DNA of 64,000 nt, from the NCBI GenBank assembly GCA_045604905.1, contig JAZUOX010000070.1:345-64344 (forward strand), written 5' to 3'. Below the pieces are notes generated by a model that saw only the letters and a list, made by a program, of their open reading frames with translations, did no database searches and was not told the origin of the DNA. Below are positions 30,089 through 40,400 of the stretch, piece by piece (positions within the stretch are counted from its first letter, which is position 1; every line of letters starts with the position of its first letter). The stretch comes from Clostridia bacterium (GTDB taxonomy: Bacteria; Bacillota; Clostridia; UMGS1883). The translations under genes and the position numbers were made by a program.

Positions 30089-30928
30089 ATGAATAAAATA
30101 ACTGATAATTTAGTGCAAAATTTCTGCCAAAAACTTTTTTGCGAGGAAAAATCAACTGTTACAATTGAAAAATATGTGCGTGATGTTCGAGCCTTTCAGA
30201 AATGGTTATCCGGTAAACCGGTAAAAAAAGAAACAGTTATTGTATATAAAAACTATCTCACGGAAAATTATGCCCCGAAAAGTGTAAACTCAATGTTATC
30301 ATCGCTTAACAGTTTCTTTGATTTTTTGAACTGGAATGATTGTCGTGTCAAAACGCTGAAAATCCAGCGACAGATTTTTGCGGACAAAGAAAAAGAACTT
30401 ACCAAAAAAGAGTATGGCAAGCTCCTTTCTGCAGCACTTGAAAATGGAAATCATAAAATGTATCTTCTTATGCAGACAATTTGTTCAACAGGCATCAGAG
30501 TGTCAGAACTTAAATATATTACAGTAGGGGCAGTAAAAGCGCGCAGGGCAATAATCAACTGTAAAGGAAAAATGCGTGTTGTTATTCTTCCCGAGCAACT
30601 GTGCAAAATACTTGTGCAATATATTAAGAAAGAAAGACTCATAAAAGGAAGTGTTTTTGTTACAAAAAGCGGAAATCCTCTTGATCGGTCAAATATCTGG
30701 AAAATGTTAAAAACTTTGTGCGAAAGTGCCGGTGTGTCAAAGGAAAAAGTTTTCCCTCACAATTTCAGGCATCTTTTTGCAAGGACGTTTTATTCAATGC
30801 AGAAAGATATTGTCCGCCTTGCGGATATTTTAGGACATTCCAGCATTAATACTACTAGGATTTATACTATTGAATCCGGTGCAGAACACAGGAAACAGCT
30901 TCAAATGCTTGGTCTTTTACGGTGCTAA
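30089..30928 (+). CDS. Tyrosine recombinase (XerC/D-like invertase)
   Basis: Catalytic residues present: TGIRVSEL (R), KGK (K), HNFRH (HxxR), LGHSS (H), TRIYT (Y); SAM-like N-terminus. Confidence 0.95.
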   Translation: MNKITDNLVQNFCQKLFCEEKSTVTIEKYVRDVRAFQKWLSGKPVKKETVIVYKNYLTENYAPKSVNSMLSSLNSFFDFLNWNDCRVKTLKIQRQIFADKEKELTKKEYGKLLSAALENGNHKMYLLMQTICSTGIRVSELKYITVGAVKARRAIINCKGKMRVVILPEQLCKILVQYIKKERLIKGSVFVTKSGNPLDRSNIWKMLKTLCESAGVSKEKVFPHNFRHLFARTFYSMQKDIVRLADILGHSSINTTRIYTIESGAEHRKQLQMLGLLRC

Positions 30929-30989
30929 CCATTTTTAAAAAACGGACAAAATTTATTTAATACTTTTGTTAAAAATATACATCAAAGTA

Positions 30990-31018
30990 TTGACAAATCC
31001 GAAAAATAGAGGTATACT
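30990..31018 (+). promoter_or_regulatory. Strong sigmaA promoter inside the invertible segment, pointing outward through IRR
   Basis: TTGACA(30990-30995)-17bp-TATACT(31013-31018) with an AT-rich upstream region. Confidence 0.85.
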
Positions 31019-31048
31019 TGGATTGTATAATTATAGGTAGGAGTATCA

Positions 31049-31076
31049 CTACCACATAATTCAAATTATGTGGGAG
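31049..31076. repeat. Right recombination site (IRR), inverted relative to IRL
   Basis: CTACCACATAA-TTCAAA-TTATGTGGGAG; spacer TTCAAA is the reverse complement of TTTGAA. Confidence 0.92.
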
Positions 31077-31160
31077 GGGAGTTTCTTCTTTCCACATTTG
31101 CACTTTGAAAATTTAATTAAATTAATTATATATAAATATTTTATTTAGGAGGAAAACACT

Positions 31161-34100
31161 ATGAAAAAACTCATGGCACTTTGCCTTTCTGTGTTAATGG
31201 TACTTTCAATGTGCTCATTCACAGTTATGGCAGAGGGAACAGCGGTTGACTTTTCAGCAATTGCTAACGGTCAGCCTGCAAATTTCGTTACAGGCAATCT
31301 CGTGCTTGGCGAAAATACGATTACATCTTCTAATGAAGCAGTAATCGCTCTTGATGGTACTGTAAAGCGTCCCCTTTTCGAGGATGCTACTGTATCACTC
31401 ACAATCAACGGCGGTGAAGCTGTTGAAGTAACAGTAAAGGCAAAGACAACTAAGGTTCTTTACGCTAATGACTTTAGCTCAGCAGTAGGCAGTGAATGGA
31501 AGCTTAATGCTGTAGGCACAAATGTTCCTTCTGCAGTTGCAGACGGAAAGCTTAATGTTGTTATCGGTGCTACAACAAGTGGACGTACTAACATCACATA
31601 CTCAATGCCTTCAACTATTGATTACACCAAGCCTGTAAGCGTTAAGTTTGATGTTGACAATTTCACAGACCTTGCTTTTTCAGGTGCAGACATCAGACTT
31701 AACGGTGGTGTTTACAACGCTGACGGAACAATCTATAAGGCTTTTCCCTCCGGAATGTTTGCAAGAGTTAATACTACAAGCGGATTTTCAAGCAGCTACT
31801 TTACAGCAGGTAAGAGCATTGATTTCAAGTACGACCCGTTGACAGGTCAGGTATGGACACTTGCAACAGGTGCGCTTTCAGCAAATACACTTGTAGATTT
31901 TGCAATGTCTCAGGGAACAATCCCCGAAGGCGGGGCTGTACTTCCCGAGGGAGGCTATGTTAAAATCACATCTCTCTACTTCACCAATGCAACAGACGAT
32001 TGTACAGCTACATTTGATGTAGATGACTTTATTGTATATCAGGAAGTTTCCGATGAAGAAGCTCTTGCTAACGCAACACCTGCAGAACTTTTGGCTCACT
32101 ATTCATATCTTCTTGATGAAGAGTATGTTGAAAATGGTGGAAACCTTGATGCACTTACAACTAACCTTAAGTTTACTTCCGACGCGGCTCTTCCCGGAGG
32201 TGTAAGCCTTACATGGACATCTACAAATGCTGCTATTGCTTCTGATGGTACTGTTAAGCGTCCCATACTTGAGGCTGCAACAGCTACAATCACAGGTACA
32301 CTCGTTTGTGGTGAAGAAAGCATTTCCAAATCATACAATGCAACAATTCTTCCCCTTACAATTGCAGGACAGAGCGAGATCGTTGATTTCGATAGCTACG
32401 GTCTTGCAAATGGCGAAACTGTTTCAGCTACCGGTTGGAAAGTGGATAGTGCAACCGTAACAAACGTTGTTGAAAACGGCAATAGCTATGGACAGCTCAA
32501 TTCAATTGCAGGCTATAAAGAACAAGCAGCTGTTTATACTTTCCAGAATGCTCCCACAACAACTGAACGGTATTATGTAATGAGCTTTAAGTATAAGAAT
32601 ATAAGCCTTCCCGCTACAGTTATGAATATCGGTTTGAGGCTTAACGGAAAATACATCGGAGCCTTTGCTCAAAGAGCTGCTGCATCACAGTTCCACGCTA
32701 TTAAATGGAGTGGTTCATTAAGTGGTGGTGTTAACGGTGGTGGTGTATTTTATGGCAGCAATGCCTCTTTCTTTACATTACCCAGTGGATTTGTTGAAAT
32801 GAAAATAGTTGTCGATACAGTTGAAGAAATGGTTCATTACTATGTTGGAAATAGCGAAACTCCGGTTGCATCGACAGGCTATGTAGACTATAAAGACAAT
32901 GGAATTGCCGTAGGTACAAGCTTTAATAACATCACATCAGCACAGCTTTATTTCTCAGCGCGTGCAACTGAGAAGATACCTGCTACAGTTGCCATAGATG
33001 ACGTTAAGTTCTATGCACCTCAGTCGATTGAAAGCGTTCTTCCTACACTTTCAGATGCAGAAAAGGTTAATTACTTCAAAAACCTTGTTCAGAATTCTGA
33101 AATCGGCACAATCAAAAGAGTTGGTGATAAGCTTACTCTCGCTACAACTTTTGCAGAAGCTGATCCTGCTGCATCCGGTGTTGCAATTAACTGGAAATCA
33201 GATAAAGCAGAATACGTTTCAAACGACGGCACATTGATTAAACTTGCTCCCATTGCTTCAAACCTTACAGCTAATGTAACAGCTACAATCACAGCAGGCA
33301 GTGTAAGCGATACAGTTTCATTTGCTGTTCCCGTTGCAGATGGAACAACTCTCATTAAGGCTATCGATTTCTCAGACGCTACTACCGTAACAGGCAGTGC
33401 TGAAATCGTGACAGATGAAGATGCTGCACACGGTAGTGTTATTCACCTTAAAAATGAAGGAACAGGTCACAAAGCAACAGGTTCAATCACATCTCTTAAC
33501 GGTGCAGATGTGTTTGACAGAGTTATTCTTACCGGTGATGTTAAGTATTCACACAACGATGGCACAAGTTCTTACGGTGGTATCAGTTTCAAGACAATTG
33601 CCGGTTCGAACGGTATAAACGTTTACTTCAACTACAATACAAACAAAATCCAAGTATGGACAACTATAGCAGAAGTCAATGCGAGTGGTACCAGTGTTTC
33701 TGTTGCGAACGGTGGTATACTGTACTTCGATATGCCTCAGAGCGTTATCGAAAAGGGTGAAGGCGAATGGGTTAACGTAATGGTTGACCACAACGTACTT
33801 TCACAGACAATGTACATCTATATTGATGGTCAGCTTATTAACGAGCTTCCCATTCTTCAGGCTAATATGAAGCTTCCTGATAACGGTGGCGCTGCAATCC
33901 GAGGTTACTCACTTGAGCTTAGCAGCACAGGCGAAATCTGGGCTGATAATATTTCTTTCAGAAAATACAATGACCAAAACGCAGCAGAAGTAAATGCGGC
34001 TCTTAATGCAGCACTCTTTGACTTCGCATCAACTTATAATAAGCCCGTTCTTACAAACGGCGCACTTCCCGCAATGACAATTGGTAAGTCTTGGTGGATT

Positions 34101-34649
34101 TCAGGCACACTCTTCAACAGAGACCTTGATAACGGTGCACTCAAGCCTTCAAATCCCGCAGGCTACACATATGTAACAGACGGCCCTGCAATCACATGGA
34201 AGATTGGCAATGATACTGTAACCGCTATTAACGTTACATCACCGAAGGAAGTAACAATGACAGTTACAGCAACAGCTAACGGCATTACAGAGTCAAAGAC
34301 CTTCACAAGACTTGTTGCTCCCGTAGCAATCCGCGACCTCGCTCTTGGTACAGCTGATTGCCTCAACGGTGCATGGATTGAAGGTGCAACAGGTAATGAA
34401 AAGTTCATCGTAGCTACATACCTCGATGAAAAACTCGTATCTGTTGACCTTATAGACTTTACTGAAACAGAAGCTTGGGATTCAAAGACAGGTACAGGCG
34501 ATCGCTACAACGAAACGATCGGTGTTGTAAATAACCTTAGTACAGAAAACCCCAAGGTGACAGCTGCTTACGATCAGATTAAGATTTTCGTAGTTGATGC
34601 AGACGGCATCACACCTCTTGCATATGCTAACGCAGATCTTCACGACTGA
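31161..34649 (+). CDS. Large secreted surface protein, paralog B (1162 aa); predicted ON in the current orientation
   Basis: First ~95 aa and last ~300 aa nearly identical to paralog A; central domains differ. Confidence 0.85.
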   Translation: MKKLMALCLSVLMVLSMCSFTVMAEGTAVDFSAIANGQPANFVTGNLVLGENTITSSNEAVIALDGTVKRPLFEDATVSLTINGGEAVEVTVKAKTTKVLYANDFSSAVGSEWKLNAVGTNVPSAVADGKLNVVIGATTSGRTNITYSMPSTIDYTKPVSVKFDVDNFTDLAFSGADIRLNGGVYNADGTIYKAFPSGMFARVNTTSGFSSSYFTAGKSIDFKYDPLTGQVWTLATGALSANTLVDFAMSQGTIPEGGAVLPEGGYVKITSLYFTNATDDCTATFDVDDFIVYQEVSDEEALANATPAELLAHYSYLLDEEYVENGGNLDALTTNLKFTSDAALPGGVSLTWTSTNAAIASDGTVKRPILEAATATITGTLVCGEESISKSYNATILPLTIAGQSEIVDFDSYGLANGETVSATGWKVDSATVTNVVENGNSYGQLNSIAGYKEQAAVYTFQNAPTTTERYYVMSFKYKNISLPATVMNIGLRLNGKYIGAFAQRAAASQFHAIKWSGSLSGGVNGGGVFYGSNASFFTLPSGFVEMKIVVDTVEEMVHYYVGNSETPVASTGYVDYKDNGIAVGTSFNNITSAQLYFSARATEKIPATVAIDDVKFYAPQSIESVLPTLSDAEKVNYFKNLVQNSEIGTIKRVGDKLTLATTFAEADPAASGVAINWKSDKAEYVSNDGTLIKLAPIASNLTANVTATITAGSVSDTVSFAVPVADGTTLIKAIDFSDATTVTGSAEIVTDEDAAHGSVIHLKNEGTGHKATGSITSLNGADVFDRVILTGDVKYSHNDGTSSYGGISFKTIAGSNGINVYFNYNTNKIQVWTTIAEVNASGTSVSVANGGILYFDMPQSVIEKGEGEWVNVMVDHNVLSQTMYIYIDGQLINELPILQANMKLPDNGGAAIRGYSLELSSTGEIWADNISFRKYNDQNAAEVNAALNAALFDFASTYNKPVLTNGALPAMTIGKSWWISGTLFNRDLDNGALKPSNPAGYTYVTDGPAITWKIGNDTVTAINVTSPKEVTMTVTATANGITESKTFTRLVAPVAIRDLALGTADCLNGAWIEGATGNEKFIVATYLDEKLVSVDLIDFTETEAWDSKTGTGDRYNETIGVVNNLSTENPKVTAAYDQIKIFVVDADGITPLAYANADLHD

Positions 34650-34668
34650 TAATTAAGCAAAATCCATT

Positions 34669-34700
34669 AAAGAGATTCGCCCGATCGGGCGAATCTCTTT
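34669..34700 (+). terminator. Terminator of paralog B
   Basis: AAAGAGATTCGCCC-GATC-GGGCGAATCTCTTT, homologous to the paralog A terminator. Confidence 0.9.
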
Positions 34701-34776
34701 TGTCATACTGAAACTTTCAAATGCAATAACAAACGGGGCGAATTTTACAAAAACGTAAAAACACCCCGTTTAAATA

Positions 34777-36180
34777 TTATCTCAGATATTCATCTATTGC
34801 TTTTGCCGCTGTTTTACCTGCCCCCATTGCGGAAATTACCGTTGCGGCACCAGTTACAGCATCACCGCCTGCATACACACCTTTGCGTGATGTAAGCCCG
34901 TATTCATTCACTACGATACCGCCCTTTTTATTAACCTCAAGCCCGTCAGTTGTAGACTTAATAAGAGGATTTGGTGATGTACCGATTGACATAATCACCG
35001 TATCAACCGAAATTTCAAACTCACTGCCCTTTATTTCTACAGGTCTGCGCCTGCCTCTTTCATCAGGCTCGCCAAGTTCCATTTTCACGCACTTCATACT
35101 CTTTACAAAGCCGTTCCTTTCATCACGGGGGTTATCGGGGTTGTTATATCCGATAATTTCCACAGGTGATGTAAGAAATCTGAACTCTACCCCCTCTTCC
35201 ACAGCGTGCTCAACCTCCTCGCGTCTTGCCGGAAGCTCATCCATTGAGCGACGATATACAACATATACCTTTTCCGCGCCAAGACGAAGTGCTGTTCTCG
35301 CAGCATCCATAGCAACATTACCGCCACCAACTACTGCCACTTTGCCGCCTCTCATAATAGGGGTATCGGGGGATTGCCCATAAGCTTTCATAAGATTGCT
35401 TCTTGTAAGATATTCATTTGCAGAATATACACCTTTAAGCGCTTCTCCCGGAATATTCATAAAAACGGGAAGACCTGCTCCCGAACCGATAAATACAGCC
35501 TCAAAACCCATATCAAAAAGTTCATCCACTGAGAGAGTTTTTCCAATGACAACATTAGTCTGTATATCAACTCCGAGAGCCTGCAATGACTGAACCTCTT
35601 TTTTAACGATTGCTTTCGGCAGTCTGAATTCCGGAATACCATACACAAGCACACCGCCTGCAGTGTGAAGAGCTTCAAACACAGTTACGCTGTAGCCCTT
35701 TTTCGCAAGGTCACCTGCACAGGTAAGCCCCGACGGTCCTGAGCCGACAACGGCTACTTTGTGCCCGTTACTTTCAGGTTTTTCGGGAGGAGCTGTCACA
35801 AAGGCATTGTGCCAGTCTGCCACAAATCTTTCAAGTCTTCCGATACCTACGGATTCGCCCTTTATACCGCGGACGCACTTTGCCTCACACTGGTTTTCCT
35901 GAGGACACACCCTGCCGCACACTGCAGGAAGAGACGAGGATTTCGTTATAATCTGATAGGCAGCTTCAAAATCGCCCTCTTTTATTTTTCCGATAAATTC
36001 TGGAATGTGAATATTAACAGGGCAGCCTGTTACACAGGGCATATTTTTACAGTTAAGGCAACGCATCGCCTCCGCCACTGCTACATCTTCGCTATATCCA
36101 AGTGCAACCTCCCGGAAATTGCATGCTCTCGCGGATGGATCCTGCACAGGCATTTCGTTTCTTTTGGATAAATCTGCCAT
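34777..36180 (-). CDS. nfnB: NfnB/SudA-like large subunit (often annotated NADPH-dependent glutamate synthase)
   Basis: RCLNC..PC..GCP, CGRVCPQE, GSGPSG, GGGNVAMD, GGDAVTG; paired with an NfnA-like gene. Confidence 0.88.
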   Translation of the reverse strand: MADLSKRNEMPVQDPSARACNFREVALGYSEDVAVAEAMRCLNCKNMPCVTGCPVNIHIPEFIGKIKEGDFEAAYQIITKSSSLPAVCGRVCPQENQCEAKCVRGIKGESVGIGRLERFVADWHNAFVTAPPEKPESNGHKVAVVGSGPSGLTCAGDLAKKGYSVTVFEALHTAGGVLVYGIPEFRLPKAIVKKEVQSLQALGVDIQTNVVIGKTLSVDELFDMGFEAVFIGSGAGLPVFMNIPGEALKGVYSANEYLTRSNLMKAYGQSPDTPIMRGGKVAVVGGGNVAMDAARTALRLGAEKVYVVYRRSMDELPARREEVEHAVEEGVEFRFLTSPVEIIGYNNPDNPRDERNGFVKSMKCVKMELGEPDERGRRRPVEIKGSEFEISVDTVIMSIGTSPNPLIKSTTDGLEVNKKGGIVVNEYGLTSRKGVYAGGDAVTGAATVISAMGAGKTAAKAIDEYLR

Positions 36181-37034
36181 CACTGCACCTCCTTATTATA
36201 GAGATTGCAGGTGTTTTCGTATGCGTGGTGCTCAAAATCGGCATACATTCTGCCTCTTGACATTGCCTCGTCAAAATCAACCTCGTACCCGTTAAAATCC
36301 GGGCCGTCAACACAAGCAAACTTTATAACTTTTTCACCGTTTCGGTTAAGAGTAAGCCTACATCCGCCACACATACCGGTGCCGTCAATCATAATAGGAT
36401 TCATGGAAACCGTAACAGGCACACCGTAAGGTTTTGCTGCGAGTGTAACAAACTTCATCATAATAAGAGGACCGATAGTGATAATCATATCAAACTTTTC
36501 CCCGTCCTCGAGCATCTTTTTGAGAGGAATTGTTACATTACCTTCCTCTCCATAACTACCGTCGTCTGTCATAACAAAAAGGCGGTCAGAACACTCACGG
36601 AATTCGTCCTCGAGAATAACTATGTCTTTATTTCTGAAACCGATTATTGATGTAACCTCTGCGCCCATCTCGTGAAGCTTCTCGGCAATGGGCATAGCAA
36701 TAGCACAGCCTACGCCACCACCGACGATACATACTTTTTTAAGCCCGTCAAGGTGTGTCGCAGTACCGAGAGGCCCTACAAAATCCTCAATAAAATCGCC
36801 TTCGTTTTTCTCTGCAAGCTTTCTTGTTGTCGAGCCTACAATCTGGAAAATGATTCTGACGCTGCCCTTGTCCGAATCTGTTCCGGCAACAGTGAGGGGT
36901 ATCCTCTCTCCATCTTCATCAACTCTGAGAATGATGAATTGCCCCGGCTCGGCTTTTTTTGCAACAAGGGGTGCTTCTATATTAAGTTCCGTTACAGAAG
37001 GGTTGTGCACCTTCTTTGATAAAATCTTGTACAT
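36180..37034 (-). CDS. nfnA: NfnA/SudB-like FAD/NAD-binding 2Fe-2S subunit
   Basis: GQFIILR..GERIPLT, GGGVG, MIDGTGMCGGCR, ACVDGPDF. Confidence 0.9.
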   Translation of the reverse strand: MYKILSKKVHNPSVTELNIEAPLVAKKAEPGQFIILRVDEDGERIPLTVAGTDSDKGSVRIIFQIVGSTTRKLAEKNEGDFIEDFVGPLGTATHLDGLKKVCIVGGGVGCAIAMPIAEKLHEMGAEVTSIIGFRNKDIVILEDEFRECSDRLFVMTDDGSYGEEGNVTIPLKKMLEDGEKFDMIITIGPLIMMKFVTLAAKPYGVPVTVSMNPIMIDGTGMCGGCRLTLNRNGEKVIKFACVDGPDFNGYEVDFDEAMSRGRMYADFEHHAYENTCNLYNKEVQ

Positions 37035-37066
37035 TTTAATGACTCCAATTTAATAGGTATTTATTT

Positions 37067-37095
37067 ATTATACATCATATCTCTTTGAAAATCAA
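37067..37095 (-). promoter_or_regulatory. nfnAB promoter
   Basis: TTGATT-17-TATAAT. Confidence 0.6.
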
Positions 37096-37202
37096 TATAT
37101 CTGACGACAAAAACAGTGCATAAAATCAATAATTATGCGGTTTTGATTAATATTTGAGTCAAGTAATCATCCCTCAATGTAACCGTTTGGTTACTTGATT
37201 AT

Positions 37203-37231
37203 ATTATAATATATGATACAAGATTTGTCAA
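37203..37231 (-). promoter_or_regulatory. Perfect-consensus sigmaA promoter upstream of a hairpin (candidate sRNA or leader)
   Basis: TTGACA-17-TATAAT. Confidence 0.7.
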
Positions 37232-37262
37232 CATCAAACTCAGCTCAATTTATATTCCATAT

Positions 37263-37448
37263 AAAAGCAGGCTGAGCCTGCATTCATATCGCACTCTCAG
37301 TTTGTGCAAACATATATTCATGCGTCTTAATTTAACGCAAATTCCTATACGGTAGCAACAAAAAAGAAGCGTGCCGCTTCACCCATGTTGCGCACATACA
37401 AAGTGCAAACATAGTTTCACGCATATTAATTTACGCAAATTCCTATAC
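37263..37448. repeat. Two tandem copies (R4, R5) of the dispersed ~90-bp repeat
   Basis: GCAGGC-TGA-GCCTGC...ACGCAAATTCCTATAC, then GAAGCG-TGC-CGCTTC...ACGCAAATTCCTATAC. Confidence 0.85.
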
Positions 37449-37452
37449 AGCA

Positions 37453-37484
37453 AAAAATCCTCCCGAGTTTTCGGGAGGATTTTT
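37453..37484 (-). terminator. Terminator of paralog C
   Basis: AAAAATCCTCCCGA-GTTT-TCGGGAGGATTTTT. Confidence 0.9.
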
Positions 37485-37497
37485 AATTATTCAGTGA

Positions 37498-40400
37498 TTA
37501 CCAGTCAAGCATACCGTCTCTGAACGCTACGGGAACAATGCCGCCTTCATTCATTACGAAAATCTTAACTTCTTCGATTACATCGCTTGTACCGGGATGA
37601 GCAACGCCTGTACCGCGGAGGATACCTGTTGCAGGATCGTAAGACTTAGAGTTTGTCTCGTTGATTTCTTTATTTGCAAGTTCTGCAAGGTCGAAAATCT
37701 GCACCCAATCAGTCTTTCTGTTTTCAAGGTATGTTACAATGATAACCTTTTCGTTACCTGTTGCACCATCAAGCCATACACCGTTAAGGCAAGAAGCTGT
37801 ACCCTGTGCAAGACCACGGATTGCTACTGGAGCAACCTTTCTTTCAACTGTGAAAGATTCTGTGATGCCGTTTGCTTCAGCAGTAACTGTGAAGTCAACA
37901 ACACCTACCTTGTCAACATTGATTGCAGTAACTTCTTCACCGTCAATTGCGTATGTAAGAGTGGGACCGTCTGTTACAAACTTATATGTTGAAGCGTTTT
38001 CAGGCTTGATTGAGAATGTTGACTTAGTTGTGCCGTCACCATTATCAGTAACTGTTTCGTTAACATCTCTCTTGTATCTGTCGCTTGCAATCCAGCTCTT
38101 ACCGATTGTCATAGCGGGAAGCTCGCAGTTTGTAAGAACTGTTCTGTATTCTTCTGATGCGTAAAGAACAAGTGCTGCGTTAAGAGCTGCATTTACTTCA
38201 ACTGCATCTGTGTTAGCGTATTTCTTAAGAGATACGTTGTCAACCCACATTTCACCTGCAAGGCTAAGCTCGATTGAGTAGCCACGAATTGCACTACCGC
38301 CGTTTCCGCCAAGATCCATATTAGCCTGAAGAACAGGAACGGGATTTACAACTTCACCGTCAAGATATACCTGATATGTCTGTGAAACTGCGTTGTGGTC
38401 AACTGTAAGTCTAACCCATTCGCCTTCGCCCTTTTCAAGAACGCTTGCGGGCATAGGATAGCTTACTGTCTTATACTTGTTTACATTAAGACCTGTTGCA
38501 GCACCGTTAGCTTCTGTCTTTGTTGTGATAAGAGAAACTGTACCTGCTTTGTAGTTAAGACCGACCTGGATACCGTTCTGTCCTGCATAAGTCTTAACAC
38601 TGAAGCCACCGTAAGAATTTTCTACATCACCGTGCACGTACTTAATGTCAGCGTCAAATACTACTCTGTCACCTCTGCCGCCACCTGTTATGTTTGAGAT
38701 AGTACCTGAAGCCTTGTGGCCTGTGCCTTCATGCTTAAGGTGGAGAGCCTTACCGGTGCCGTCTGCAATAATTTCTGCACTAGCGAGTGCACCTGCTTCA
38801 AGGTCATCAAAGTTAACTTCCTTAACAAGCACTATACCGTCTGTAAGAGTAACATCTACAGAAGCTGTAGCTTCTTCAAGACCTGCCGCGATTGTAGCTG
38901 TCATAGTAACAGTCTTTGTTGTGCCGATTGGTGCAAGAGTCTTAACTACACCATTCTCTCCGATATATGCATCGTCGCTTGTTCCCCATGTGATATTTAC
39001 ACCAAGAGAACCAAGGTCGTAACCTGCATAAGAATCAGCAAGACCAAGGTTCTGACCTGCTGTCACATTTGCAGGAATTTCTGTAGCTTCTATAAGTTCC
39101 TTAAAGAAGTTAATCTTACCTGCGTCGTCAAGAGTAGCAAGAACTGAATCTATTGACTGTGTTGTGTAAACCTGAACATCGTCTGTATCGAAGAAGTATA
39201 CAGGTGTTGTAGGCTCAGTTTTGCTGTCCATATTGCTACGACCCTTAAGGTAGAAGCTTGCAGATGTGATTTCTTCAGGAACAGCATTAGCTGTAGAATG
39301 TGTACCTACAAGCTGGCCATCAAGGTAACACTTTACTGTCCAACCTTTTGTTGCAGCTGCATCTTCAGTAATTTCAAATTTTATGTTATACCAGGTATTA
39401 GCTGCGATATTCTTATCAGTTCTTGCCGCACCTGCACCGTAGTAATCATCATTACCGAGGTCATAGTCGTTATCGTAAAGATACTGGTTATAGTAAATGA
39501 ACTCAGCCATTTCCTTACCATTAAGCTGAAGTCCCCAGTTAGCAGTACCGCCCTTTACGGGAACTCTTACCTTAGCGTCAAATACAAGTGTGTCGCCCTC
39601 ACCTACTGCGGGAACAGCCTTGAATGTGTATTTGGGGAAAGAACCGCTAGGCTCATAAGAACTTGCACAAATGCTGAAGTACTTATTGCCGTCAGCGTCT
39701 TCCTTAACTTCCATAGCTTCCCAATCCTTGATTTCTGCAGGTGTCCAGCCGTCTGCACCAACAAAGCTGCCTACTTCAAGGTTTTCTGCATCAAGAACTT
39801 CTGTTGCAGATGTCATTGAAAGAGGAAGAACGTTAACAGTATATTCCTTAACGATGTCTTCTGCACCTTCAACTGAAACTGTACCTGTAAGTGTAACAGT
39901 CTTAGTTTCGAAGAAAGGACGTGTAACTGTACCGTCAAGTGCGATAACAGCTTCGTCACTTGATTCCCATGTGATAGAAGCGCCTGCTATAAGGTCTTCT
40001 TCAGCTGTAAGCTTAAGGTTTGTTGTAAGAGCCGCAAAATCGCCACCGTTTGCAACGTAATCTTCTTCAAGATACTGTGCATAGTAAAGTGCCTGCTGTG
40101 CAGGTGTTGCAGATGCAAGAACATCTTCTGCAGCAACATCCTGATATACTGCGAAGTTATCAATGCTGTATGTACCTGTAGCAGCATCTGAAGCGTCTAC
40201 AAAGCAGAAAGATGTAATAGCAACCTTTGCTACATCATCAGCTGTATATCCTTCTTTAATTGTAGCGTTATCAGTGATAAGGTTTTTGGCTGCGAGAACA
40301 CCGTTACCCCAGAATTCACCTGTCATAGGATCATACTTAATTGTAACGCCTGCCTTCTTGTAGCCGCCCATCCAGTAGCCACCCCAACCGGCTGCAGCAA

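Larger units (their letters stand above)
29999..31076. mobile_element. Invertible promoter switch (inverton) encoding its own tyrosine recombinase
   Basis: Inverted sites with reverse-complementary spacers flank the recombinase gene and an outward promoter, between two divergent paralogs. Confidence 0.85.

Noticed and set aside
30089-30928. Recombinase as a prophage/ICE integrase
   Set aside because: No phage, conjugation or excisionase genes nearby. The flanking sites are inverted rather than direct, so recombination would invert rather than excise.
30966-30986. Rex operator upstream of the switch promoter
   Set aside because: Only one half (TTGTTAA) matches, in an AT-rich context.
26418-34649. 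Diversity-generating retroelement (TR/VR pair) explaining the near-identical 3' ends
   Set aside because: No reverse transcriptase in the window. The differences are not adenine-specific, and both copies are full genes.
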